DNA from: Eledone cirrhosa
Lineage: Eukaryota
Assembly: GCA_964016885.1 (NCBI GenBank)
Contig: OZ024748.1
Coordinates: forward strand, 21,266,001 to 21,330,000
Direction: 5' to 3'
DNA: 64,000 bases
A program made the translations under genes and the position numbers. Of this stretch, positions 1 through 14,677 are shown piece after piece; positions within the stretch are counted from its first letter, which is position 1; every line of letters starts with the position of its first letter. The notes under the pieces are model-generated. The model saw nothing but the letters and a program-made list of their open reading frames with translations. It was not told the DNA's origin and did no database searches.

Positions 1-181
1 TGTAGATCTTGTCTTCAACTGGTAGAGCTCTTCGGTAGCACTGCCAGGCCAGGGTCTTCTAGAAGTTGTCCATAGGTCCCGGGCCGAAGAAATTCCTAGC
101 GAATAGACTGGTGAGCTCGTCGTCTTCGACGCCCAGAGTCTCTCCGAGCACGTCGTCGCACTTGTGACGTACTAATCCTCT
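1..181 (-). mobile_element. Tx1/L1-type non-LTR retrotransposon ORF2 C-terminal fragment (runs off window edge), 5' end abutting (GATA)n
   Basis: Minus strand reads [41 protein letters not shown] and is homologous to 48640-48820. Confidence 0.85.
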
Positions 182-195
182 ATAGATAGATAGAT

Positions 196-270
<75 letters not shown>

Positions 271-310
271 CAAATTGAGAGACAGAGACAGACAGATAGA
301 TCGATCGATC

Positions 311-361
<51 letters not shown>

Positions 362-362
<1 letters not shown>

Positions 363-436
363 TATTTCTTTATTAGCCACAGGGGCACAAAAGAAGGGGA
401 CAAATACAAAGGGGGAAGTTTACATACAATAAAAAA

Positions 437-437
<1 letters not shown>
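362..437 (-). mobile_element. Extreme 3' end of the same Tx1-like LINE (AATAAA plus (TATC)n tail)
   Basis: ctttattagccacaggggcacaaaagaaggggacaaatacaaagggggaagtttacatacaataaaa matches 47951-48017 and 50691-50757. Confidence 0.85.
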
Positions 438-489
<52 letters not shown>

Positions 490-589
490 CAAATTGAGAG
501 ACAGACAGATAGATAATAAAGAAAGAAAGAATGAAAGAAAAAATCTCTAGAGGGAGTTGGTTCTGCCAGGTTTAAAATACACAAGACAC

Positions 590-885
590 GTTGTATGTCT
601 CTGCGGCACCCTTCAGGAGTTATATGTCACACTCTATGTCACTGCAGCACCCCAATGACCCCTTCAGGAGTTAAGGGTCACACTGTATTTCACTGCGGCA
701 TCCTTACAATCCCATCAGGAGTTAAGGGTCACACTGTATTTCACTGCGGCATCCTTACAATCCCATCAGGTGTTAAGGGTCACACTGTATTTCACTGCGG
801 CATCCTTACAATCCCATCAGGTGTTAAGGGTCACACTGTATGTCACTGCGGCGCCCCTACGACCCTATCAAGAGTTAAGGGTTCA
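590..885. repeat. 51-bp minisatellite, about 5.5 copies
   Basis: Unit ~ccatcaggtgttaagggtcacactgtatttcactgcggcatccttacaatc gives the 17-aa periodicity of ORF 595..969. Confidence 0.9.
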
Positions 886-1398
886 TACATACACGATGAT
901 GCTGAATTAGCAAAGTTGGTAGAGCATCGGAGAAATTATTTGCAATATTTGTTCTGGTCTCTACTTTAACCTTCATTATTTTGGAGATCGATAAAATAAT
1001 CAATCAATCAATTACTGGGATCGATTTAATCAATTTTTCTTCCTTTCACTTAAAATTGCTGGCCTTGTTCCTCAATTAGAACCCATTATTAAGTAAATGT
1101 AAGGGACACTTTGACCGATGGTGAGAGTAGCGGCTGGAAAGGGGTCGTTTGTGGGGTGTAGGCGAGGATGGAAGGGTTATATGTGTGAAGGGGAAGTAGT
1201 GGTTGGAAGTGTCGTGTGATAGGGGTAGTTGGGTTGGTAGGTAGGGAAGGGTTATATATATATTGGGGAGGGGGAGTGATAGTTAAAAGGGTTGTGTATC
1301 TGGTAGGGTCGTGTGATGGGCGTAGCTGAGTTGGTAGGTATGGAAGGCTTATATATTGAGTAGGGTCGTGTGATGGAGTAGCTGGGTAGTTAGATAAT

Positions 1399-1580
1399 TG
1401 TTTCTACTTTTGGCACAAGGCCAGCAATTACCCAGTGTATTACTGGTACTTTATTTTATCGACCCCATAAGGATGAAAGGCAAAGTTAACCTCGGCGGGA
1501 TTTGAACTCAGAATGGCAAGGGCCGTAACTCTATGCGTCAAAGCATGGCGTCCGACCCTCTACCGATACTGCCAATCCAC
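1399..1580 (-). mobile_element. tRNA-derived SINE (family S1), full length, with 16-bp TSD
   Basis: Minus strand has A-box-like TGGCAGTATCGG and B-box GAGTTCAAATCC; tgggtagttagataat is duplicated at 1383-1398 and 1581-1596. Confidence 0.9.
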
Positions 1581-1970
1581 TGGGTAGTTAGATAATGAAG
1601 GGTTATATATGTGGTGGGATAGTAATAGGTGGAAGGGTTGTGTGTGTGTGGTAAGGGGTGGAGTAGCGACTTGTAGGGTCGTGGGGAAGGGAATAGTGGT
1701 TGCGTCTGTAGGGTTCGTAGTGTTATGTGTGAGGCGATGGAGGGAAGACAGGGTAGTTTCTGTAAGGGGTGGGGTCGTTGTAGGGTGGAATTGCGGTAAT
1801 TCATGTTTATGTGTGATGACGGAGAGGGGACAGTAGTAAGAGAAAGGGGTTATGTTGTGGTGGTTGTGGGGGTAGAGGTAGGAATTAGACCCTCTTTAAA
1901 TATACCGGATGGTTGTAGCTGTACTTTACCACATACCTCACACACACACACAGACACAAACACACACACA

Positions 1971-2022
<52 letters not shown>

Positions 2023-2023
2023 T

Positions 2024-2058
<35 letters not shown>

Positions 2059-2299
2059 CACACAGACATACACACACGCGCACACACACACACACAGACA
2101 CACACATCTCACACACACATCTCTCCTCTAACTCTAACACACGTAAACACCCTTCATTCCCTTGTGACCTCATTAAAGTAATTGAATGCTAAGGAGGAGT
2201 AGGTGGAGGAGAAGGAGGGGAGGAGAGAGGAGAGAGGGTGAGAGGGAGGAGGAGGGGGTGGTGTGTGTGTGTGTGTGTATGTGTATGAAGTGACGTGTG

Positions 2300-3895
2300 T
2301 GCATGTGGTAGTGAGGCGTAGTATAGTGTGGTTTGGTGTGTGGTGGCGTGTGGTGTAGTGTGGTGGTGTGATGTGATGTAGCGCAATATAGTATGGCGTG
2401 GTGTGTGGTATAGTGTGTTGTGTAGCATCGTGTGGTGTCCAGTGTGTGGTAGTGTGGCGTGGTGTGTGGTGTAAAGTGTGGTGGTGTGTGGTGCAGTGTG
2501 GTGTGGTGTGACGTGGTGTGTGGTGATATGTGGTGGTGTGAGGTGTAGTATGGTGTGGTGAGATGTGTGGTGTGGTGTACTGTGTGATGTGTGGTCTAAT
2601 GTGTGATGTAGTGTGGTGTGGTGTGGTGTTGCGTGGTGTGGTCTACTGTGTGGTGGTGTGTGGTCTAATGTGTGATGTAGTGTGGTGGTGTGAGGTGTAA
2701 TGTGTGGTGGTGTGTGGTGTAGTGTGGTGTGGTGTGGTGTACTGTGTGGTGGTGTGTGGTGTAATGTGTGGTGGTGTACTGTGTGGTAGTGTGTGGTGTA
2801 GTGTGGTGTGGTGGTGTGTGGTGTAGTGATGCGTGGTGTACTGTGGGGTGGTGTGTGGTGTACTGTGTGGTGGTGTGGGGTGTAGTGTGGTGTGGTGTAC
2901 TGTGTGGTGGTGTGGGGTGTAGTGTGGTGTGGTGTAATGTGTGGTGATGTGTGCTGAACTGTGCGGTGGTGTAGTGTAGTGTGGTGTGGTGTACTATGTG
3001 GTGATGTGTGGTGTACTGTGTGGTAGTGTGAGGTGTAGTGTGGTGTGGTGTACTATGTGGTGATGTGTGGTGTACTGTGTGGTGATGTGTGGTGTAGTGT
3101 GTGGTATATGGTGGTGTACTGTGCGGTGGTGTGTGGTGTAGTGAAGTGTGGTGTGGTGTACTGTGTGGTGATGTGTGGTGTAGTGTGTGGTATATGGTGG
3201 TGTACTGTGCGGTGGTGTGTGGTGTAGTGAAGTGTGGTGTGGTGTACTGTGTGGTGATGTGTGGTGTAGTGTAGTGTGGTTTACTGTGTGGTGATATGTG
3301 GTGTAGTGTGTAACGTATGGTGGTGTACTGTGCGGTGGTGTAGTGTAGTGTGGTGTGGTGTACTGTGTGATGATGTGTGGTGTAATGTGTGGTGATGTGT
3401 GGTGTAATGTGTGGTATATGGTGGTGTACTGTGCGGTGGTGTGTGTTGGTGTGGTGTGGTGTACTGTGTGGTGGTGTGTAGTGTGGTGTACTGTGTGGTG
3501 TAGTGTGGTGTAATGTGTGATGTATGGTGGTGTACTGTGCGGTGGTGTGTGGTGTAGTGTAGCGTGGTGTGGTGTACTGTGTGGTGTAGTGTGGTGTAAT
3601 GTGTGATGTATGGTGGTGTATTGTGCGGTGGTGTGTGGTGTAGTGTAGCGTGGTGTGGTGTACTGTGTGGTGATGTGTGGTGTAATGTGTGATGTATGGT
3701 GCTGTACTGTGCGGTGGTGTGTGTTGGTGTGGTGTGGTGTACTGTGTGGTGATGTGTGGTGTAATGTGGGATGTATGGTGCTGTACTGTGCGGTGGTGTG
3801 TGTTGGTGTGGTGTGGTGTACTGTGTGGTGATGTGTGGTGTAATGTGTGGTATATGGTGGTGTACTGTGCGGTGGTGTGTGTTGGTGTGTGGTAG
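2300..3895. repeat. Complex GTG/GTGTA-based low-complexity minisatellite
   Basis: Recurring gtggtgtactgtgtggtgatgtgtggtgta motifs. Confidence 0.9.
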
Positions 3896-4459
3896 TTTGA
3901 ATAAAAGGTCTCTGTGTAATGCTACTTGAATGTCACTGAACCCGGAAAATAATCCGCTAGATGTCTCCCATACCTTCGGTGCAGGTTACAATCCGCCATC
4001 TTACTTTACTGGTCATACCAACCCACAGCTACAAATACTTATACATATACATAGGGCCTCACATATGAAATGCAGTTAGCTAGCTGAAAAACTTCAATTA
4101 AACGTGAGATTATCCTTGATTTCAGTAGTTAGGAAATTTTCCCGAGGATATTTGTTTCATTTCCAGAATCCCAGAATAGCTTTAACTCTTTTATGACCAA
4201 ATCCCCTGAAATCTTCCCCGCTTTTATTAAACTAAGCTGATTATTTTAAAGTGTTTATTTTAAAACCTTCAATTATCATTTTATGTAATATCCTTTCTTA
4301 AGTTACGTTCCAAAAACAGCTTAAATCCCTTAAAATTCTTGGTTATTTTCGAAATTATTTGAGGATTATAGACGGCATTAAAGTGTTATTTATCTAAGAA
4401 ACGATCGTGCGTTTTAAAATAATTAGCATGCCTTTTATTAGAAATATGGTAACAACAGG

Positions 4460-4860
4460 TTTGGCGGGAGGATTGAGTCGATTAGATTGACCACAGTATA
4501 TTACTGGTATTTTATTTTATCGACCCCGTAAGGATGAAAGGCAAAGTTAACCTAGGCAAGATTTGAACTCAGAATTAAAATAGTCAGAATAAATACGGTG
4601 AAGCGTTTGTCCGATGCTCTCCCGCCTCTGTCCCCCACCTTTCAATAATAATAATTGTTTCTACTTTAACCACAAGGCCAGCGATTGGGGGGGTCGATTA
4701 AATCGACCCCAGTGCATTACTGGTGTTTTATTTTATCGACCTCGTAAGGATGAAAGGCAAAGCTAAACTCGGCATGATTTGAACTCAGAACGTAAAGGGA
4801 TGTAACTAAATATCGCAAAGTATTTTGTCCGGTGCTCTACTAATTACGACCAATTCACTC
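4460..4860 (-). mobile_element. Two older tandem copies of SINE family S1
   Basis: The core ttactggta..ttattttatcgacc.cgtaaggatgaaaggcaaag..atttgaactcaga occurs twice. Confidence 0.8.
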
Positions 4861-4908
4861 CCCGTTTTATTTTCTCGATATACTGGGGTTTGTCCTGACT
4901 ATCTACAG

Positions 4909-5360
4909 CAGATGTTCTCAAAGTGGGCCCTACCGCCTCCTGGGGGCATTGAGAAGGTCCAGGGGGGGGGTTTCACTGGGGTCTAAGGGGGCAGTAGAGA
5001 TGACATAATAGTATTTTAAATATCAAATGATACATATATATAAATATAGTAAAATAAAATATATATAATACTAATATATACATAGTATATATTATATTTA
5101 TTTATTATATATGGTAGATAGAGTTGCGACCGATAGATAGTATTAGCAATTGGAAAGACCAACGGAAACATTGTTCCCTCGGTCCGATTTGACGAAAGTC
5201 GATCGTTCCTTTTTTTTTTTATTATATATAAATTAATGATTTTATTTATAAATTATTTACAATTTGCGTGTAGGCAGGTCTCTCTGGAAATAGGGGTAGG
5301 GCGCTGAGGTTATTACGTGGCCATGGGGGGGGGGGGGGCTCAAAAGTTTGAGAACCTTTG
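4909..5360. mobile_element. hAT (Charlie-like) non-autonomous element, with an internal SINE fragment at ~5115-5205
   Basis: Degenerate TIRs cagatgttctcaaa / tttgagaacctttg; 8-bp flanks atctacag / aactacat match 6/8. Confidence 0.65.
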
Positions 5361-5830
5361 AACTACATTGTAAGACTGATGTATAAACATGGAAAATTGT
5401 TGAATTGATCCGTGCAAAAGGGATCCTCGCATTTCAAGTGGTCAGCTTTATCTTGGTTGTATTTTAGAAGTGTTCGAAGAGGGATTTGAGGATCCTGGAT
5501 TTCTCTACTTCACTGTAGCACTGTGTAAAACCTGGAATTATTGTTTATCCCGAGGTTTTGTAATGAACAAGTAAATGAACAAGAAGATTTTGCTGTAATT
5601 CCTTACATTAGTGAAAATACACAGAAGAAATCCTATTTCATTAGTGAAATGTGAGCCAAATAAAACGTACATTGCTGGCATTATGTTACATTAATGTAAT
5701 ACCTGGAGCATAGCCGGGTATCTCCGCTAGTATAAAGAAATATATATATATATAAATACATACGTATACATACATAGATACATGCATATATACATACACA
5801 CATACATACATACATACATACATACATACA

Positions 5831-5863
<33 letters not shown>

Positions 5864-6084
5864 TCATGCGTACAGACAAACAGAACCATCGACATCATCA
5901 TCAACACAACCATCATCATCATCATCATCATCACCACTACAACCACCATCAACATCAACATCATCATCATCTCTACCATCACCTTATTACACTGCAGCAA
6001 ACCACCGAAAATACTGCAAAACTCAGGGAATTTAACCAAGACAGAAACACCAACAACAACAACAACACCAACACCACCACCACC

Positions 6085-6118
<34 letters not shown>

Positions 6119-6316
6119 CCAACACCAACAACAACAACAACACCAACACCACCACCAACAACAACAACAACAACAGCAACACCAACACCAGCAACAACAA
6201 TAAAAGCTGCGGTAAAACAAAAGAAACAGAACGTCACAAGAGAAAATGCAGTAAATTTGGCAGATATTTAGTGTATGGTATATATTGTTATCTATCCCCC
6301 TTATCACTATATTTCC

Positions 6317-6485
<169 letters not shown>

Positions 6486-6748
6486 TATATATATATAAAT
6501 GTAAGTATGCATGTATGTATACGTACATACATATATGTATACAGACGTACAGAAGTATGTATATATATATACATACATGCACACACATATATATACATAC
6601 TACTGTACGTCTGTATACATATATATATGTACGTATACATACATGCATACTTACATTTAAGTAAGTGCCGTACTAAGAGTGAGAAATGAAATTTCGTTTC
6701 ATTCTATTCCATATATATATACATATATATATATAAATATATATATAT

Positions 6749-6953
6749 ATAGGAACGAGTAGGACCCCGACGGCTGAGCTCAAGCCGTTTCGACGGCTAA
6801 TTCTGGACGGCTAATGAGTCCAGAATCAGCCGTCGAAACGGCTTGAGCTCAGCTATCGGGGTCCTACTCGTTCCTATTACCCACTCTACTACCCTAAGTA
6901 TTGAGTACTTTGGTGCGTTATGGTCCACCTGGTTCCTTACCACATTTCCTCCG

Positions 6954-6956
<3 letters not shown>
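6749..6956 (+). mobile_element. Short fold-back element family F1 in (TA)n; other copies at 7066-7207, 10772-10885, 30332-30528, 43147-43371, 58328-58392, 59059-59261 and, diverged, 33350-33470
   Basis: ~60-bp inverted arms (aggaacgagtaggaccccgacggctgagctcaagccgtttcgacggctaattctggac and its complement) plus ~78-nt unpaired tail ending ttcctccgtt (ttccttcgtt in other copies); flanked by (TA)n. Confidence 0.85.
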
Positions 6957-7020
<64 letters not shown>

Positions 7021-7205
7021 GATATATATATAAATATATGTATATATATTATATGTATATATATATTTAGTCCAGAAATAGTCGTTGAAACGGCTTGAGC
7101 TCTGCCGTCGGGGTCATAATACTTAGGGTAGTAGAGTGGGTAATAGGAAAAAGTGAGTATTCTGGTGCGTTATACTCCATGTGGTTCTTTACTACAACTC
7201 CTTCG

Positions 7206-7281
<76 letters not shown>

Positions 7282-7361
7282 GGTAAATAGAAATAACAAC
7301 ACAATCGGTACAGTATATGGAAGGTATATTTTAGGTTAACGCTTGATATAGCAGGAAGATG

Positions 7362-7393
7362 GTTTTAACGTTTGGGACGCTAGTCCTTCATCA

Positions 7394-7398
<5 letters not shown>
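7362..7398 (-). ncRNA. Degenerate minimal hammerhead ribozyme motif (PLE type)
   Basis: Minus strand CTGATGAA-GGAC-TAGC-GTCC-CAAAC-GTT; the GAAA box is mutated to CAAA. Confidence 0.45.
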
Positions 7399-7469
<71 letters not shown>

Positions 7470-7643
7470 ATATATATATATGTATATATGTGTATATATA
7501 TATATATATGCATATATACACACATGCATATAAACCAACCAAACAGTGAGTGTGTTCTGTTATTAATTCTGGCAATATTATTACAACAATATGACCCTCC
7601 CCAAGTATATATATATATATATATATATATGTGTATATATATA

Positions 7644-8035
7644 TATAGTTATAGGAATAACCAAAGAGTGCTTAGAAATACATTGTTTTATTAGCTAACA
7701 GTGTTTTATCCATACACCATGGCAGGAATCATCAGAGCCTATAAACAAGAGTATATCAGTAGTTGCATGCTCCATACGCAGCTCCATATGCAGCTCGGTG
7801 GAGCATGCAACTACTGATATACTCTTGTTTATAGGCTCTGATGATTCCTGCCATGGTGTATGGATGAAACACTGTTAGCTAATAAAACAATGTATTTCTA
7901 AGCACTCTTTGGTTATTCCTATAACTATAACTGCTCTGTAGTATACTAGTTATCCTACATTGAGCTAAAACCACAGTCATACCAAGAGCAATATATCTGC
8001 ATGTCTGGGCATATTGATATATTTGTCAACGAAAC
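7644..8035 (+). mobile_element. Fold-back element F2 in (TA)n: 131-bp inverted arms (7644-7774 / 7799-7929), 24-bp spacer, ~105-nt tail
   Basis: Arms are near-perfect reverse complements; the right arm has a hammerhead-like motif followed directly by AATAAA. Confidence 0.85.
7834..7880 (+). ncRNA. Hammerhead-like motif (type I)
   Basis: ggct-CTGATGA-ttcc..ggat-GAAAC-act-GTT-agct; stem I is short and the stem II closing pair is mismatched. Confidence 0.55.
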
Positions 8036-8047
8036 TATATATATATA

Positions 8048-8895
8048 GCTTTTCGTTGCTTCACCATCTTTGTTTGTTTACACTCGTGTCCCCTTTATTT
8101 ACGTGTCCCAACGACTTTTTTTAGCCGTTGCTCGCACCAACCGGAGGTATATGATCTTTAAAGCGATAAAATACCAATGATGGTTGGAAGATCACTGATG
8201 AAGAACTAACTTTATTCATATGTAACCCATTAGCAACCACGCAGCACGTTTATTCTCATATTTACACATATTTTTCCCCCGCTGTGACCCGTCTATTTCG
8301 TTCTTACTGCTTCCTCTTTCTCTGTATCTTTACCCTCTCTAACAGTCACTCTCTCTATTAGCCTCTTCCTCACCCTTCACTCACTCACTCTCTGTTACTA
8401 CCTCTTCTCCTCCTCCTTCTTCCCGTTTGACCTGTGCGTAATTCTTTTCTTTCGCACCCTTGGTCAAGCAGGTCGCTTTTTTTCTCTCTCTCGTCTACGA
8501 TTTCACAGAACTTATGTTCACCGAATTCACAGACTAGATCCCTTCTTCCTCCCGTTAGACCTGTACGGAATTCCTTCTTTGCTCACATTCCAACCAGGTT
8601 TGATGGTCTTTATTCTCTCTCGTTCACGATTTCACCGAACTTATATTCATGGAAATTTGGGACTTGACTCCTTCTTCCTCACTTTTCGTTGCTTCACCAT
8701 CTTTGTTTGTTTACACTCGTGTCCCCTTTATTTACGTGTCCCAACGATTTTTTTAGCCGTTGCTCGCACCAACCGGAGGTATATGGTCTTTAAAGCGATG
8801 AAATACTAATGATGGTTGGAAGATCACTGATGAAGGACTAACTTCATTCATATGTAACCCATTATCAACCACGCAGCACGTTTATTCTCATATAT
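8048..8895 (+). repeat. Dispersed repeat present as a ~215-bp direct duplication (8048-8262, 8683-8893); related pieces at 23560-23660 (-) and 29100-29172 (+)
   Basis: Shared ggttggaagatcactgatgaag..ttcatatgtaacccat..gcaaccacgcagca sequence, ending at (TA)n in most copies. Confidence 0.8.
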
Positions 8896-8956
8896 ATATA
8901 TATATATATATATAGCGCGCACTCAGTCACTCTATCGCTACCGTTCTCTTTTTCTC

Positions 8957-9029
<73 letters not shown>

Positions 9030-9271
9030 ACTATTACTATCTTCCTCTCTCTCTCTCTATCCCCTCTCTCTCACTCTCTACTCATTTCTCTCTCTCTCTC
9101 TGCCTCTATCTCTATCTCCCTTTCTCTCTGTTTCTCCTATGACTATCTCTCTTTCTCATATCACTGCATCACCCCTCTCTTTACATACACATGCCCTCTC
9201 TCCCTGTCTTCCTCTCTCTCTACTCCTCTCACTTTCTCTTCTTCTTTCTATCTCTCTCTCTCTAGCGTCCC

Positions 9272-9339
<68 letters not shown>

Positions 9340-9399
9340 TCCTCACAGTCTTCTCATTTGGCAAATGTGAGTTCCATCAGTAATTCAAAATGGTGAACT

Positions 9400-9557
9400 T
9401 TCTCTACACTCTGTGTCACACTGAATCTCCCTGAGAATTACGTTAAGGGTACAAGTATCTGTGGAATTATCAGCCACCAGTATCTTAATTTCATGAGACG
9501 TCTGTTCCATTAAACGCATCAACTGGAAACTTGCCTCGTCGCAACCGACGGAAGTCC
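9400..9557 (+). mobile_element. Old SINE-like dispersed repeat fragment (inverted relative at ~52825-52897)
   Basis: ctgttcc..atca.actggaa..cgtc..aaccgacggaa is shared in opposite orientation with 52825-52897. Confidence 0.5.
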
Positions 9558-9825
9558 TGTATCAGGAACAACAACAACAGAAACGACTCCAGCAACTTTT
9601 ATCTTTCAGGACTCACCGCCAAGAGAGTTGATAGGAGAGCAATTGAAAAGTGTCAGAGTATATCTACCAGGGTGGTTCAGCACATTATATCCCTGGGGTC
9701 TCCTGCTGATCCAAAATCTCCTGTCAAGTTAACCAGGATCTGCAAAAGCACTCAGATGCTGGGTATACCAGGCCGTGGGGAGGGGCCTAATTTGAAAAGG
9801 TGTGTGTATGACCAATGAGGACATT

Positions 9826-9868
<43 letters not shown>

Positions 9869-10695
9869 GTATATATAGATAAACACACATTCACACACAC
9901 ACACATATATGGATAAACACACATTCACACACACACAGGCACACACACACACACACAACAATGCACGCACACATACACTCACATACACATACACACACAT
10001 ATTTAGACATTCACAAACACACAGACTCACACACATTCTCTCTCTCTCACACACACACACTCATACCAACACACAAACGCTCACTCATACACGCACAGAC
10101 ACACATATATATGTATATATAGATAAACACACATTCACACACACACACATATATGGATAAACACACATTCACACACACACACAGGCACACACACACACAC
10201 ACAACAATGCACGCACACATACACTCACATACACATACACACACATATTTAGACATTTACAAACACACAAACACACAGACTCACACACATTCTCTCTCTC
10301 TCACACACACACTCATACCAACACACAAACGCTCACTCATACACGCACAGATACGTATGCTCGCACACAAACAAAAATGTTGTTATTTCTCGCTCCCCCA
10401 CGCTCATGGTACCGAGTTTTAAGGAAAGAAGGTCGCAAGCAATATTGCATGAGTAAAAAGAGTCACACAGAAAAAAATGTATATATAAAGTGTTTATGTA
10501 TGTAGTGAGCCTAATCGAGTCAATGGGAAAAACCTATTATATATACACACATATATATATATATGATAACAAGCTAATTAAGGTCGAGTGACGTAACTTC
10601 TAATGATCAGCGCCATTTAGACTCTCCTAACGAAAGAAACAATTGTTGATACTGTAAATAAACCCTATTGTACAGCCGACCATGTTATTCTTCAT

Positions 10696-10775
<80 letters not shown>

Positions 10776-10910
10776 AACGAGTAGGACCCCGACGGCTGAG
10801 CTCAAGCCGTTTCGACGGCTAATTCTGAACGCAGTACTTTGGTGCGTTATGGTCCATCTGGTTCCTTACCGCATTTCCTTCGTTATATATATATATATAT
10901 ATATAATATA

Positions 10911-10965
<55 letters not shown>

Positions 10966-11014
10966 TATAAATATATATGTATATATATATATACACACAC
11001 ACACATATATATAT

Positions 11015-11475
<461 letters not shown>

Positions 11476-11681
11476 GTGTGTCTATAGAAAAAAAAAGAAA
11501 CGAATACATACATATACAGGCTTGAAATAAATATAATATGATAAAGTAAGTATGTCATGATGAAATAAAAAAATATCTTTAATCGGTAAGTTTTCTTTTC
11601 CATGTGATATGATTTTCAATTCAACTTCAATTTACTTTATACAAAGAAACTGTTTTAGCAGGTTATTTTCAATTATATATA

Positions 11682-11741
<60 letters not shown>

Positions 11742-11811
11742 CATATATACATATATACATATATGTGTGTGTGTGAGTGTGGAAGTGGGTGTATGTGTGT
11801 GTGTACGTGTA

Positions 11812-11865
<54 letters not shown>

Positions 11866-11868
11866 TAC

Positions 11869-11905
<37 letters not shown>

Positions 11906-12889
11906 CATATATACATATATACATATATGTGTGTGTGTGAGTGTGGAAGTGGGTGTATGTGTGTGTGTATGTGTATGTGCATATATATATATATATATAT
12001 ATGTGTGTTTGTGTGTGTATGTATGTATATATACATATAATATAATTAAATTATTTAAAGTTTAGAAAGTTACAGAATTTCATATAATATATGAAAAATA
12101 ATAATAAAAAAGTTGGAGATGCGCCTAATGTGTTATATATGCTTGCAAATATATATGCATATATTCCTTCGTACGAAATACATTTTTAAAAAGTGCATTT
12201 GTAAAGATCATCATAGGTTTCTCATTTCTTTTCAAACTATTATTTTCACGGTTATATATATATATATATATATGATGATGTTATGTATTTTCAACACATA
12301 TACTTATACTTGTGTTCCTTTTATGTCCTTTCTACGACAAGGAACGCGACAGGTTATATCCTTCCTATTGTATTTGTTGTCATGACAAACGTCGCCACCC
12401 AAGTTTCAATATGAATGGTATTGTGTATCGTATGTTAGCTGAAGAAGTAGAATGAGTTTAATTTGGGTTTGTTATAAAATACATTTCTTTACTTCCGTTG
12501 TCGATGGGTTATATTGATGGAATTGAGAAATATCGAAATTTGGCAAGGTTCGCCCTCCGAAATTTACATATACTGATTCAGGGGATTTTTTCTGCTGTAC
12601 AGTTTCTTAAATTGCTGAGGTGTACTGTTATCCTTTGTCGGAGTGTCATATATTTATTTCACTGATGCAGTGTTAATGGCAACCTTTACATGGAATATTT
12701 TATATATTATACTATGGATGACAAGAAAAGTTGCGATTTGACAACTAAATAGCAACGCATCAGTAAAGAAAAATATTTTATAACCAAATAGCAGCAATAA
12801 CAACAACAATAACACCACACTGAAAACTGCAACAATATCAACAACAACAATAGCATGACCCTGACAACAACAACAATAGCATGACCCTG

Positions 12890-12949
<60 letters not shown>

Positions 12950-13659
12950 GTAGCAATATAAACGAGAGCATTGTCAACAATTTATCAAACAGAAACATCT
13001 GCGTCAGCAATTATGACATTAGTGGTGGCGGCGGTCCCTAAAAGGGTCAAAATAGTGGAGGTGACGGTGGTAGTTGTGGTGTGGTGGAGATGGTGGTGTT
13101 GGTTGTGGTGGTTGTGGTAGGGCTGGTAGTATGGTGCTGGTAATGGTGGTGGTGGGTGGCGAGGTGGAGATGGTGATGTTGGAGGTGGTGGTTGGGGTGG
13201 TAGTATAGTGGTGGTATTGGTGCTAGTGGTGGTGCTGGTGGTGGTGGTGGTGGAGATGGTGGTGGTGGTGGTGGTGGTGGTGGTGGTGGTAGTGGTGGTT
13301 GTGGTAGGTGTGGTAGTATGGTGGTGGTGGTGTTGGTGGTTGTGGTGGTAGTATGGCGATAGTAGGTGTGGTGTGGTGGTAGGGGTGGTAGTATAGTGGT
13401 GGTGTTGGTGCTGGTAATGGTGGTAGTGGTTGTGGTGGTGGTGGTGGTGCTACTGCTGCTGCTGTTGCTGCTGCTGCTGGTAATGGTGGTAGTAGTTGTG
13501 GTGGTGCTGGTGGTGGTGCTGGTGGTGCTGGTGGTGCTGGTGGTGGGTGTGGTTGTGGTAGGGGTGGTAGTATGGTGGTGGTGGTGGTGGTGGTGGTGGT
13601 GGTGGTGGTGGTGGTGGTGGTGGTGGTAGTGGTGGTAGTATGGTGGTGATTGTGGCGGA

Positions 13660-13691
<32 letters not shown>

Positions 13692-13913
13692 TTTGACAGT
13701 GGAAGATACGAAGTGGTGACGATACTAAAACCAAGATGGCTGAAGATATATTTCGTGTTTGTTTATTTTATGTCGCTCCACATCACAACCTACCCCCTTC
13801 AATACGAAAGCTGGTTCTCTCTCTCTCTCTCTCTTTCTCTCACTCTCTCTCTATCTCACTCTTTCCCCTTTCTCTCCCTTTCTCTCTCGCTTACTTTCTC
13901 CCACTCTCCCTCC

Positions 13914-13999
<86 letters not shown>

Positions 14000-14054
14000 G
14001 TATGTACGTATTTATATGCATGTATGTTTGCATGTATATGTATATATATATGTC

Positions 14055-14146
<92 letters not shown>

Positions 14147-14333
14147 CGTATATATATATACGTATATATATATATATACGTATATATATATATGTATATA
14201 TATATATGTGTATATATATATATATGTGTGTGTGTGGTTGTGTGTGTATGTACGTATGTATGTATGTATGTATATATATGTATGTACGTACTTATATGCA
14301 TGTATGTTTGTATGTATGAATGTAATATGTGTG

Positions 14334-14405
<72 letters not shown>

Positions 14406-14499
14406 TGTTTGTGTGTGTATGTATGTATTTATATGTATGTATGTTTGTATGTATGTATGTAATATGTGTGTATATATATATATATATATGTATGTATAA

Positions 14500-14588
<89 letters not shown>

Positions 14589-14646
14589 TGTGTGTATATA
14601 TACATATGTATATATATGTGTGTATGTGTGTATGCATATACATAAA

Positions 14647-14677
<31 letters not shown>

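Noticed and set aside
595-969. Repeat protein with His/Cys motifs
   Set aside because: Explained by a 51-bp minisatellite; no other coding evidence.
1399-1580. tRNA genes at SINE heads
   Set aside because: A and B boxes are present, but there is no complete cloverleaf and the copies are multi-copy with body, tail and TSD.
8195-8235. Hammerhead at CTGATGA in the 8.0-8.9 kb repeat (also 29117 and ~23625)
   Set aside because: No downstream GAAA box or pairing stems found.
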